The notes: generated by a model from the sequence alone, not told the origin. A DNA stretch of 64,000 nucleotides from an uncultured SAR86 cluster bacterium (GCA_902513515.1 CABXNE010000002.1:5023-69022), one strand, 5' to 3'. Positions 17,576 to 27,011 are shown, counted from the first letter of the stretch. Numbers and translations: made by a program.

Positions 17576-19994
17576 CTCGTTGAAGATTCAAGAACAATCA
17601 AATTATACTTTGCAGCAGTTAATTGCTACTGGATCTATAGATTTTTCTGCATTAACCTCTTTGGCTAATATTTGTTTATCTGATGCTCTAATTAAAGCAT
17701 CCCATGAGAAGAAAAAAGCGCATTTTAAAAATTTATTAACCTACTCGCCAAAGGTTTTCATCCCTTTAACATTTTTATGTCGCGATGTTTGTCATTACTG
17801 TACTTTTGCTCAAACCCCTAAAAAAGTTGAATCTCCATACTTATCAATTGATCAAGTTGTTTCAATTGCAAAAGAGGGTGAGGTTAATGGTTGTTATGAA
17901 GCTTTATTTACACTTGGTGATAAACCCGAATTAAGATACAAAGCTGCTAGAGATTGGCTTTCAATGAATGGCTTCAAAACAACAAATGATTACCTGGCTG
18001 CTTGCGCAGAAGCTGTATTGAATGAGACCTCTTTAATCCCTCATTTAAATCCAGGTTGCTTAACTTCTGATGAAATCAAAAAACTCAAGCCTTTAAGCGG
18101 CTCAATGGGTCTAATGGTTGAATCTCTCTCATCACGGCTTACTGAAAAAGGCCAGCCGCACTATGGATCTCCTGATAAGGATCCTATATTTAGAATGCAG
18201 ACCTTAGAAGAGGCTGGAAGACAAAAAGTTCCATTTACCACTGGAATATTAATTGGAATAGGTGAAACGAGGTTAGAACGTTTAGAGTCATTACACAAAA
18301 TAGCTGAATTACATAATACCTATAATCATATCCAAGAAGTTATAGTTCAAAACTTTAGAGCAAAGCCTAATACATTGATGGCAAATGCAATCGAGCCATC
18401 ATTTGATGAGCTTATGTGGACAATAGCTATGGCTAGATTAATTCTGCCTGGCGACATTAGCTTACAAGTTCCACCCAATCTAAACGCAGAGAATATTAAA
18501 CAATTAACTTTGTCTGGGATAAATGATTTTGGAGGAATATCTCCAGTTACCAAGGATTATGTTAATCCAGAAGCACCTTGGCCTGAAATAGAAAGATTAA
18601 ATAAAATAGCCTCATTCTCAAATCAATCATTAAAACCAAGGGCAACATTGTATCCTAGATATTTTTCCGACCTGAAGACCTTCTCAACACATGAAATATC
18701 CTCCAAGCTTCTTCAAATAACAGATTCTCAGTCACTTATAAGGTCTGACCATTGGAGATCAGGAATTAGTAAAAATATACCTTCATACCCAGAATCTATT
18801 TTTAATTCTAATATACGCCAGTCGATCCATGATGTTGAGAACAATCCATCTATTGAGAATATCCAAGAGCTATTAGAGGTGTCTGATAATGATTTTAAAT
18901 ATATTACTGAATATGCCAATGATGTTAAATCACAAATACATGGATCTGATATTAGTTTTGTTGTGAATAGAAATATCAACTATACAAACATATGCTCTTT
19001 TAAATGTAATTTTTGTGCATTCTCAAAAGGTAGGGGGCATGATGATTTAAGAGGCAAGCCATATAACATTTCTCATGAAGAGATCATTCGAAGAACAAAT
19101 GAAGCTATTGATAGAGGTGCGACAGAAGTCTGTTTGCAGGGCGGTATTCATCCAAAATATTCTGGTGAAACTTATCTCGAAATTGTAAGGGCAATTAGAT
19201 CTGCTTCTCGATCAGTGCATATTCATGCTTTTTCCCCTCTAGAAATTGATCACGGTAGAAAAACTTTAAATATTTCTGCTAAAGAATTTCTTATAGAGCT
19301 TAAAAACGCAGGTCTTAATTCACTTCCCGGAACAGCCGCTGAGATTCTGCATGATGATATTAGATCAATTATTTGCCCTGATAAACTCACAAGCAAAAAG
19401 TGGATTGAGATTATCAAAACTGCTCATTCTGTAGGGTTGCCTACTACATCTACCATGATGTTTGGTCATATCGAGAGCACTCATCATATCGCCCACCATT
19501 TAATGAAGCTTTTAACCCTCCAGATGAGCACGAACGGGTTAACTGAATTCGTTCCCCTACCTTTTGTTGCTGATGAAGCGCCTATTTTTAGAAGAGGTCA
19601 AGCAAGGCCTGGGCCTACTTTCAAGGAGACAATTTTAGTGCACTCCGTTGCGAGGATTCTTTTTAATGGAAGCATAAATAACATTCAAGGCTCGTGGGTT
19701 AAAATGGGATTACCAGGTCTAAAATATCTTTTATCTTCTGGAATTAATGACATTGGGGGTGTTTTGATGAATGAATCTATAACAAGGTCAGCTGGGGCTT
19801 CATTTGGCCAGGAGCTTAATTTGGATGATGTTGTATGTATTGCAGAAGAGCTAGACTTAAATTTAAAACAAAGAAATACTCTTTATGACCCCTTAAAAAA
19901 TGATCTTCAAAACTTAATTAATTTACAATCAATTTCATTGATCCCAATAATTAATGAATATAATCAACCTAAACAAATAATAAATACCTTATGA
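17565..19994 (+). CDS. fbiC: FO synthase, fused CofG+CofH (FbiC)
   Basis: 809 aa with two radical-SAM CxxxCxxC motifs (CRDVCHYCTF near residue 72; CSFKCNFCAF near residue 477), the architecture of fused FbiC. Confidence 0.95.
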   Translation: MRVSSLKIQEQSNYTLQQLIATGSIDFSALTSLANICLSDALIKASHEKKKAHFKNLLTYSPKVFIPLTFLCRDVCHYCTFAQTPKKVESPYLSIDQVVSIAKEGEVNGCYEALFTLGDKPELRYKAARDWLSMNGFKTTNDYLAACAEAVLNETSLIPHLNPGCLTSDEIKKLKPLSGSMGLMVESLSSRLTEKGQPHYGSPDKDPIFRMQTLEEAGRQKVPFTTGILIGIGETRLERLESLHKIAELHNTYNHIQEVIVQNFRAKPNTLMANAIEPSFDELMWTIAMARLILPGDISLQVPPNLNAENIKQLTLSGINDFGGISPVTKDYVNPEAPWPEIERLNKIASFSNQSLKPRATLYPRYFSDLKTFSTHEISSKLLQITDSQSLIRSDHWRSGISKNIPSYPESIFNSNIRQSIHDVENNPSIENIQELLEVSDNDFKYITEYANDVKSQIHGSDISFVVNRNINYTNICSFKCNFCAFSKGRGHDDLRGKPYNISHEEIIRRTNEAIDRGATEVCLQGGIHPKYSGETYLEIVRAIRSASRSVHIHAFSPLEIDHGRKTLNISAKEFLIELKNAGLNSLPGTAAEILHDDIRSIICPDKLTSKKWIEIIKTAHSVGLPTTSTMMFGHIESTHHIAHHLMKLLTLQMSTNGLTEFVPLPFVADEAPIFRRGQARPGPTFKETILVHSVARILFNGSINNIQGSWVKMGLPGLKYLLSSGINDIGGVLMNESITRSAGASFGQELNLDDVVCIAEELDLNLKQRNTLYDPLKNDLQNLINLQSISLIPIINEYNQPKQIINTL

Positions 19995-20872
19995 GCAAAA
20001 AACTTAAACACCTTTCAGTTATTTTTATTGGTTACATAGCATGTATTTATTCCATGCAACTTACTTGGAATTCCTTTCCAGAGTCATCCTTGGTACTTAA
20101 AGTTTTAATATGTCATATTGAGGCCACAATTTTTATTTACCTGTTAAGTGTTATTTTCAATAATTCAAGTTGGTATGATGCCTTTTGGTCAGTCATACCA
20201 GTTGTTTTAACTATAATGTGTTGGGCAGATATCTCTGCTGGTGGAGATGTTCAAAGAGCATTTTTGATGCATGCATGTTTATTATTTTGGGCTATTAGAT
20301 TAACTTATAACTGGATGAGATCTTGGGATGGTTTTTCCCATGAAGATTGGCGATACATCATGATGAAGGGAAAAACATATAATAAATTTCAATACTTCAC
20401 AGTAGATTTTGGTTCCATACACCTTATTCCAACTCTTTGTGTTTATATGGCACTGCTGCCAATGATTTACGCTCTTGCTTACCCCGGTGATGAATTAAAT
20501 AATTTAGATATGCTGGCTACTTTTTTGGCTATTTCGGCAGTGATAATTCAGATTATCTCAGATCAGCAAATGTATAATTTTAGAAAAAATCTTACTGAAC
20601 CTAAAACTATGAAATCTGGTTTATGGTATTACTCACGTCATCCAAACTACTTTGGAGAAATATTATTCTGGTTCAGCCTATTTGTTTTTGCTTTAGCATC
20701 AAATCTATCATTTGCTTGGTTATTGATTGGCTCTGTCATCATGTATGCTTTAATAGCTTTTGCATCAGTTTCAATGATGGATAAACGATCATTGGAAAGA
20801 CGTTCAGATTTTAAGGAATACATGGATTCAACCCCAGCAATTTTCATTAATATTTTTAAAAAGGTTAGATAA
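19991..20872 (+). CDS. DUF1295 / steroid 5-alpha-reductase-like polytopic membrane protein
   Basis: Multi-TM 293-aa protein with the family C-terminal signature YYSRHPNYFGEILFW. Its ATG overlaps the fbiC stop (ATGA). Confidence 0.8.
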   Translation: MSKKLKHLSVIFIGYIACIYSMQLTWNSFPESSLVLKVLICHIEATIFIYLLSVIFNNSSWYDAFWSVIPVVLTIMCWADISAGGDVQRAFLMHACLLFWAIRLTYNWMRSWDGFSHEDWRYIMMKGKTYNKFQYFTVDFGSIHLIPTLCVYMALLPMIYALAYPGDELNNLDMLATFLAISAVIIQIISDQQMYNFRKNLTEPKTMKSGLWYYSRHPNYFGEILFWFSLFVFALASNLSFAWLLIGSVIMYALIAFASVSMMDKRSLERRSDFKEYMDSTPAIFINIFKKVR

Positions 20873-22173
20873 TGAGAAAGTTATATATATTAATCGCTTT
20901 TATGATAGTAATAGCTCCTATTTCAGCAGATGATTTAAAAAACCAGTTAGACAGAGATCTTCAGGCAGTGATGACAAAAGTTACTGATTGGAGGCATCAT
21001 TTTCATGAATATCCTGAGCTCTCAAACAGGGAATACAAAACACAAGAATCTATAGTTGAAGCATTAACTGAGATGGGTCTTGAGCCTAATACAGAATTTG
21101 GTATCACAGGAGTAACGGCATTTATTAGAGGTCAAAATCCAGGCCCTCTAATTGCTCTTAGGGCTGACATTGATGGATTGCCAGTTACTGAGAAACTTAA
21201 TCTACCTTTTTCTTCAAAAGTCAAAACTACATATCAGGGTAATGAAGTTGGTGTTATGCATGCATGCGGTCATGATGCTCATATAGCAGTGTTGCTTGGG
21301 GTCGCTAGCTTCCTTTCAAGAAATACTGAAAAGTTAAATGGCGATATTTTATTAATATTTCAACCTGCTGAAGAAGGCGCTCCTGAAGGAGAAGACGGTG
21401 GCGCTGAATTAATGCTTAAACAGGGTCTTTTTGAGGCTGAAAAACCAGATGCTATTTTTGGAATGCACGTATCAAATTTTAAAAATGGTCAAATATGGAC
21501 TAAACCTGGACCTATTATGGCTTCGGCAGAAGCTTTTAGAATAATTGTTCAAGGTCAGCAAACTCATGGTTCAAGACCTTGGAGTGGAGTTGATCCTATT
21601 ATTGCAGCATCAGATATCGCTACAACTTTACAAACAATTGTAAGCAGAAGATTAAATCTTTTAGATAGTCAGGCAGTAGTCACTGTTGGAATTATGAAAG
21701 CTGGAACAAGAAATAACATCATACCTGCCTCAGCAATGTTAGAGGGTACTATAAGAACTTTTAAAAACTCTTATGCAGATCAAATACGAGATGAAATTAA
21801 ACTTATTGCTGAAAATGTAGCCGCTGCTCATCATGCTACTGCTGTGGCTGAATTTAAAGTTTATGGAGGCTATCCAGTAACTTTTAATGATGAAAATCTT
21901 GCTAAAAAATACTCCTCTTCATTAATAGAAGCCACCAATGGAGATTATTTTGAAGCAAAAGTTCCAAGGACCGGTGCTGAGGATTTTTCTTTTTATGCTC
22001 AACAAGTTCCAGGTTTATTCTTTTTTCTTGGAGTAAATGCTCCAGGTAACGATGACAGTCCGACCAATCATTCACCTTATTTTTATGTTGATGATTCGGC
22101 GCTAGGTAATGGCGTTAAAGCATTTATCAATCTTGTCGAGGATTTCTCCGAGGATTATAATAAAAGCAATTAA
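20872..22173 (+). CDS. secreted M20-family amidohydrolase (M20D aminoacylase/hippurate-hydrolase-like)
   Basis: N-terminal signal-like MRKLYILIAFMIVIAPISA. Metal-binding MHACGHDAH; QPAEEG; C-terminal HSPYF. The start overlaps the DUF1295 stop (TAATG). Confidence 0.85.
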   Translation: MRKLYILIAFMIVIAPISADDLKNQLDRDLQAVMTKVTDWRHHFHEYPELSNREYKTQESIVEALTEMGLEPNTEFGITGVTAFIRGQNPGPLIALRADIDGLPVTEKLNLPFSSKVKTTYQGNEVGVMHACGHDAHIAVLLGVASFLSRNTEKLNGDILLIFQPAEEGAPEGEDGGAELMLKQGLFEAEKPDAIFGMHVSNFKNGQIWTKPGPIMASAEAFRIIVQGQQTHGSRPWSGVDPIIAASDIATTLQTIVSRRLNLLDSQAVVTVGIMKAGTRNNIIPASAMLEGTIRTFKNSYADQIRDEIKLIAENVAAAHHATAVAEFKVYGGYPVTFNDENLAKKYSSSLIEATNGDYFEAKVPRTGAEDFSFYAQQVPGLFFFLGVNAPGNDDSPTNHSPYFYVDDSALGNGVKAFINLVEDFSEDYNKSN

Positions 22174-22208
22174 AATTTTTTAATTTCTATTAAAAAAAGT
22201 ATTTTATT

Positions 22209-22559
22209 ATGAAAATTTATCTGCTGTCATTTTTACTTCTTAATATTTCAGTTGATTTATTCAGTCAAGAAATTTATAAAAAAAAATGCATCTCACAATC
22301 TGGTAAATCTATTTACGAAATTGCTCTTCTAGCAAAAAAAGAGGGCATGGGAGAGATTAGGCTTGAATTTAATGGCGAAGTTAATCTTTACTCTGCAAAA
22401 GTGCTTATTATAAATACTAATAATATTGTAGGTGTTGCAAAATTTAAATCCTCATTAACTGGACAAATCGAAGGCTCGCCTTGGGTATTCACATATTACT
22501 TTGATACCGACAAATTTATTGATGATGGTCGTCTTGAAGCTAACTGCTCTGAAATTTAG
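22209..22559 (+). CDS. hypothetical secreted protein
   Basis: 116 aa with a signal-like N-terminus (MKIYLLSFLLLNISVDLFS) and Cys near each end. No family recognised. Confidence 0.45.
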   Translation: MKIYLLSFLLLNISVDLFSQEIYKKKCISQSGKSIYEIALLAKKEGMGEIRLEFNGEVNLYSAKVLIINTNNIVGVAKFKSSLTGQIEGSPWVFTYYFDTDKFIDDGRLEANCSEI

Positions 22560-22561
22560 GT

Positions 22562-22744
22562 TTAGTTATAAACTGAGATTACAATAGATAATATAGTAAA
22601 AAATAATACTCCTAACAATAATGGATATTGCCCAAGTTTATTCGAAATACCTTTAGGTAATATTAACAATCCAATTATTGTAAAAGAAATTATAGAGAGT
22701 CCCCAGAGTAGATCCTCTAGCTCAGAAAAAAGAGTCTCTAGCAT
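22562..22744 (-). CDS. hypothetical small membrane protein (2 TM)
   Basis: 60 aa with two hydrophobic stretches. It exactly fills the gap downstream of the NMO-like gene. No family recognised. Confidence 0.35.
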   Translation of the reverse strand: MLETLFSELEDLLWGLSIISFTIIGLLILPKGISNKLGQYPLLLGVLFFTILSIVISVYN

Positions 22745-22752
22745 TTAACCCT

Positions 22753-23883
22753 TTATTCTTCTGGAAGCAATGAATTTAATCGCTCAACTGAATCAAGATA
22801 TTCATTAATAATTCTATAAATTACATCTTTTACTGATTCAATTTGTTTTACTTGACCGATAACTTGTCCAGCAGCATTAAACGATACATCTTGTGTATTT
22901 CCAGAACCAGCATATATAGAAGTTCGTCTCATTGCATCAAAAGTAATCATGCCTTGAAGTGGCATTGGTAATGGATCTGGGTTTTCAGGATTTTCCCATG
23001 CTTCTGTCCATTTATTTTTTAACATTCGAGCAGGTTTTCCCGTCCAAGCCTTGCTTCTGATCGTATCTTCGCTTGTTGCATTTAAATAAGAGTCTTTTTC
23101 AGCAGGCTGAGCTGCAGCTTCTTCAACGGCAAGCCACAATGAACCACACCAAACTCCTTGAGCTCCTGTGGACATAGCTGCAGCCATTTGTCGGCCATTT
23201 CCGATTCCGCCAGCAGCAAGGACCGGCAAGCCATCTACAGCATCAACAATTTGAGGCCACAAAACAATACTTCCTATTTCACCAGTATGACCGCCACCTT
23301 CACCACCTTGTGCAATGATAAAATCAAGTCCTGCTTCTTTATGAGCTAAAGCCTGCTTAATTTTTCCGCATAAAGCACCAATTAAAACACCTTTATCTTG
23401 AATTTTTTTAATCATATCGGCAGGAGGAGTACCTAATGCGTTAGCAATTAATTTTACATTTGGGTGTTTTAAAGCTTCCTTTATTTGAGGTTCAGCTGTT
23501 GCCTCTGTCCATCCCAAGAGCCCTCCTTTTGGACCATTAGTTTCCGGTGCTTCTGGGACACCATTATCAGACAAGAGACCCTCAACAAATTCTCTATGAC
23601 CTTCAGGTATCATTTTTTGTAATGATTGTAATAATTTCTCAGGGTCTGTCTCATCCATACCTTCATATTTTTGTGGAATCACCGTATCTACGCCATACGG
23701 ATAATCTCCAATATGTTCATCGATCCAATCTAGCTCTTCTTTCAACTGCTCTGGTGAAAACCCAACAGCACCAAGCACGCCAATTCCACCAGCTTTACTA
23801 ACCGCAACAACAACATCTCTGCAATGAGTAAAAGCAAAAATAGGATATTCAATACCAAGTTTTTTACAAATATCAGTTTTCAT
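22753..23883 (-). CDS. nitronate monooxygenase / 2-nitropropane dioxygenase-like FMN oxidoreductase (NMO family)
   Basis: YPIFAFTHCRDV, GGIGVLGA, and IAQGGEGGGHTG are typical of the NMO/FabK-like TIM-barrel family. Confidence 0.85.
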   Translation of the reverse strand: MKTDICKKLGIEYPIFAFTHCRDVVVAVSKAGGIGVLGAVGFSPEQLKEELDWIDEHIGDYPYGVDTVIPQKYEGMDETDPEKLLQSLQKMIPEGHREFVEGLLSDNGVPEAPETNGPKGGLLGWTEATAEPQIKEALKHPNVKLIANALGTPPADMIKKIQDKGVLIGALCGKIKQALAHKEAGLDFIIAQGGEGGGHTGEIGSIVLWPQIVDAVDGLPVLAAGGIGNGRQMAAAMSTGAQGVWCGSLWLAVEEAAAQPAEKDSYLNATSEDTIRSKAWTGKPARMLKNKWTEAWENPENPDPLPMPLQGMITFDAMRRTSIYAGSGNTQDVSFNAAGQVIGQVKQIESVKDVIYRIINEYLDSVERLNSLLPEE

Positions 23884-23897
23884 TTATTCATTCATTT

Positions 23898-23965
23898 TTT
23901 ACAAAATTAGATTATAGACATTAATGAAAATAATATGGGGGTATTAACTGCTAAAATTTTGTAAA
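23898..23965. promoter_or_regulatory. paired 11-bp inverted motif TTTACAAAATT / AATTTTGTAAA in the divergent NMO / KstD-like promoter region (candidate operator pair)
   Basis: Perfect 11-bp arms at 23898-23908 and 23955-23965. Read toward each divergent gene, the copies extend to TTTTGTAAAnAATGA. Function is unknown. Confidence 0.3.
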
Positions 23966-24055
23966 TAATGATAAAGATAGATAACAATTTTTTAAAAAAA
24001 TTCCCTATGGGTTATAGTGAATTAGTTAAAATTTAAAGAAAAATTTATAAATATT

Positions 24056-25765
24056 ATGAAATGGGATTATGAATTTGATGTAGTCGTAATTGGTTCTGGA
24101 AACGGAGCCTTAACATCTGCTTTATGTAGTCACGATGGTGGTGCAAAAACTTTGGTTATTGAAAAAAGCACTCAATTTGGTGGAACCTCTGCTACCTCTG
24201 GTGGAGGTGTATGGATTCCTAATAACAGGTATGCAAAAGCTGAAAATGTTGATGACTCTAATCAAGATGCGAGAGACTATATAAATAGCGTTTCACCTGA
24301 AGGAAAAATTAAAGATGAGCTAGTGGAAACTTATCTTTCTGAAGGCCCTAAAATGATTGATTATCTTCATGAAAATTCACAAGTTAAGTATAGAAATTTA
24401 GCTCATTATCCAGACTACTTTCCAGATAATCCTGGTGGAAAAGCAGGGAATAGGTCCATGGAACCTGAGCCAATCAAAGGAACTGAACTTGGAGACGATC
24501 TTCAGAAACTCAGGGAACAGCATCCGCAAACCGCATTTACTATGGGACCAATCAATATGAATTTTACTCAAGTAGAAGGCCAGTTATTGTTAGGCGCACT
24601 TCCAGGGTGGAAATCTCTCTTTGCAAAACTATTCACTAAATATATTTTAGATATATCCATGAGGGTTAAATGGGGTTGGAAAGATAGAAGGTTGACTATG
24701 GGCAATGCAGGTGTGGCTCGATTAATTTTATCCCTCAAAGATAGAAATGTAGTTTTATGGACTGAAACTACTATGACTGATCTCATCGATGAAAATGGCT
24801 CAGTAATTGGTATTAAAGCTACTAAAAATAATATTGAGATAAACATTAAAGCAAATAAAGGTGTCATTCTTGCTTCTGGTGGATTTGAAAAAGATCAAAG
24901 TTTGAGAGAAAAATATTTACCTCAGCCTACTAATATAGAGTGGAGTGCTGCCAATATTTATAATACAGGCGATGCATTAAAAGCTGCTTTAAAATTAGGA
25001 GCTGATACTCATCAAATGGATACAGGTTGGTGGTCTACTGTTATGAAAGTACCAGGACAAGATAAAGGTTGGCTATCAATGGTAGATAAATCAATGCCTG
25101 GAAATTTTACCGTCAATAAAAATGGTGAAAGATTTTCAAATGAATCCCAAAATTATGTCAGCTTTGTAAATGATATGTTTGATAAGTATGCGGAGGGAAA
25201 TCCCTGTGCTCCATGTTATATGATTTTTGATAGCACATTTAGAAAAAATCGACCATGCGGACCTCTTCTTCAAGCATCTATGCAGCCTGATTCATCTGTT
25301 CCTAAGGATTGGTGGACACCATCTTTTTTATCAAAGGGTGAGACATTAGAGGAACTAGCTGAAGTTGCTGGCATTGATGTTGAAGGTCTTTTAGCAACAC
25401 AGGCAAAAGTTAATGAATATGCTGCATCAGGCAAAGACCTTGATCTTCAACGTGGTGATAGTGTTTATGATAGGTATTACGGCGATCCATCAGTTACACC
25501 AAATCCATGTCTTGCTCCTATAGAAACTGGACCCTTTTATTGTATGGTTCTATATCCTGGTGAAATGGGTACTGCGGGCGGTCTAGTAATAGATTCAAAT
25601 GCAAGAGTCATAAACAAAGAAGGTAAAGCGATACCAGGACTTTATGCGTGTGGAAATTGCTCAACAGCGTTGTTACCTACATATCCTGGCCCTGGCTCAA
25701 CTCTTGGTCCAGCCATGACTTTTGGTTACTTGGCTGCAAAACACATTACTGGTTCAAATTTTTAA
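24056..25765 (+). CDS. FAD-dependent 3-oxosteroid 1-dehydrogenase (KstD)-like flavoprotein (FAD_binding_2 family)
   Basis: N-terminal FDVVVIGSGNGALTSA...GGTSATSGG dinucleotide fold and C-terminal GLYACGNCS...YPGPGSTLGPAMTFGY, as in KstD/fumarate-reductase-type flavoproteins. Confidence 0.75.
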   Translation: MKWDYEFDVVVIGSGNGALTSALCSHDGGAKTLVIEKSTQFGGTSATSGGGVWIPNNRYAKAENVDDSNQDARDYINSVSPEGKIKDELVETYLSEGPKMIDYLHENSQVKYRNLAHYPDYFPDNPGGKAGNRSMEPEPIKGTELGDDLQKLREQHPQTAFTMGPINMNFTQVEGQLLLGALPGWKSLFAKLFTKYILDISMRVKWGWKDRRLTMGNAGVARLILSLKDRNVVLWTETTMTDLIDENGSVIGIKATKNNIEINIKANKGVILASGGFEKDQSLREKYLPQPTNIEWSAANIYNTGDALKAALKLGADTHQMDTGWWSTVMKVPGQDKGWLSMVDKSMPGNFTVNKNGERFSNESQNYVSFVNDMFDKYAEGNPCAPCYMIFDSTFRKNRPCGPLLQASMQPDSSVPKDWWTPSFLSKGETLEELAEVAGIDVEGLLATQAKVNEYAASGKDLDLQRGDSVYDRYYGDPSVTPNPCLAPIETGPFYCMVLYPGEMGTAGGLVIDSNARVINKEGKAIPGLYACGNCSTALLPTYPGPGSTLGPAMTFGYLAAKHITGSNF

Positions 25766-25767
25766 CT

Positions 25768-26520
25768 ATGGATTTCTCTAATAAAACAGCATTAATTACA
25801 GGCTCCGGACAAGGTGTTGGAGAGGGTATTGCTCGAGCGATTGCTTCATATGGAGGAAACGTGAGCTTGGTTGGTAGAACTCTTTCAAAAGTTGAATCGG
25901 TTGCTGATCAAATAAATCATGACGGTGGGTCAGCCATAGCTATTGAATGCGATGTTAAATGTAATGAATCAATTAACAAATCTATTAAAGCCACACTATC
26001 AAAGTTTAATTCTTTAAATATTTTGGTAAACAATGCTCAAGAAGTTCCATTAGGAAATATTTTAGATGTAACAGACGAATCATTTATAAATGGATGGGAT
26101 TCTGGGCCTCTGGCAACATTTCGCTTCATGAAGGCTTGTCACCCTTATCTAAAAGGAGGTGGAAAAGTGATTAATCTAGCAAGCTCCTCTGCTTTAAGAC
26201 CTGATTCAAAATCTTACGGTGCTTATGCAGCTGTAAAAGAGTCAATTCGCTCTTTATCGAGGGCAGCTGCAGTCGAGTGGGGGCCGGACAATATTTTAGT
26301 AAATTGTATAATGCCTCTCGCCAAGTCAACCGGAATGGACTGGTGGATGAATGAGCATCCAGATGAAGCTAACGAATTTCTTAAAACCATCCCATTAGGC
26401 AGGGTGGGTGAATGCAAAGATGATATTGGGGAGGCCGTTTGTCATATTCTATCTGATGGCATGAATTACATTACCGGATCAACTATCATGCTTGATGGGG
26501 GTCAAGCATATCTAAGATAA
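25768..26520 (+). CDS. short-chain dehydrogenase/reductase (SDR)
   Basis: MDFSNKTALITGSGQGVGEG Rossmann start, NNAQ, and YAAVKES (YxxxK). The track's upstream extension from 25648 overlaps the KstD-like gene and looks spurious. Confidence 0.9.
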   Translation: MDFSNKTALITGSGQGVGEGIARAIASYGGNVSLVGRTLSKVESVADQINHDGGSAIAIECDVKCNESINKSIKATLSKFNSLNILVNNAQEVPLGNILDVTDESFINGWDSGPLATFRFMKACHPYLKGGGKVINLASSSALRPDSKSYGAYAAVKESIRSLSRAAAVEWGPDNILVNCIMPLAKSTGMDWWMNEHPDEANEFLKTIPLGRVGECKDDIGEAVCHILSDGMNYITGSTIMLDGGQAYLR

Positions 26521-26525
26521 CTAGC

Positions 26526-27011
26526 ATGGATAAACTGCAAAAATTAATTGATATAGAAGAGATTAAAAATCTCAAGCATAGATATTTTAGGGCGATAGAT
26601 ATGGCTGATTTTGATTTACTCGATAATGTATTTTCACAAGATATAACAATTGATTATCGAGGTGGTACCTATAGATGGGAATCTGAGGGCAAAGAGACTA
26701 TCAAAGAAAGCTTAATTCATGCATTTCATAATCAGACTGCTGCCATGCATACTGCCCATCATCCAGAAATTGAAATTCTTTCAGAGACTGAGGCTACTGG
26801 GAAATGGTATCTTCAAGATATTTTCTACAATTTTGATTTAGCTACCGTTACTCAAGGCACGGCATTATATGAAGATAGGTACATTAAAACTAATGATCAA
26901 TGGTTAATTAAGCATTCTGAATACGATCGTATATGGGAACAAGTATCGCCCATTAATCCCGATGACAAATTTACTAAAATTCTTTTAAAAGACAAGGGAA
27001 TTAAAAAATAG
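26526..27011 (+). CDS. NTF2-fold SnoaL_4-like protein
   Basis: 161 aa. LIDIEEIKNLKHRYFRAIDMADFDLLDNVFSQD is typical of the SnoaL_4/BaiE-like NTF2 subfamily. Confidence 0.65.
   Translation: MDKLQKLIDIEEIKNLKHRYFRAIDMADFDLLDNVFSQDITIDYRGGTYRWESEGKETIKESLIHAFHNQTAAMHTAHHPEIEILSETEATGKWYLQDIFYNFDLATVTQGTALYEDRYIKTNDQWLIKHSEYDRIWEQVSPINPDDKFTKILLKDKGIKK

Noticed and set aside
25648-25767. 40-codon N-terminal extension of the SDR (track start 25648)
   Set aside because: The extension overlaps the last 118 nt of the KstD-like gene and encodes a W/F/L-rich non-SDR peptide. MDFSNKTALITGSGQGVG at 25768 is a normal SDR N-terminus, 2 nt after the upstream stop.
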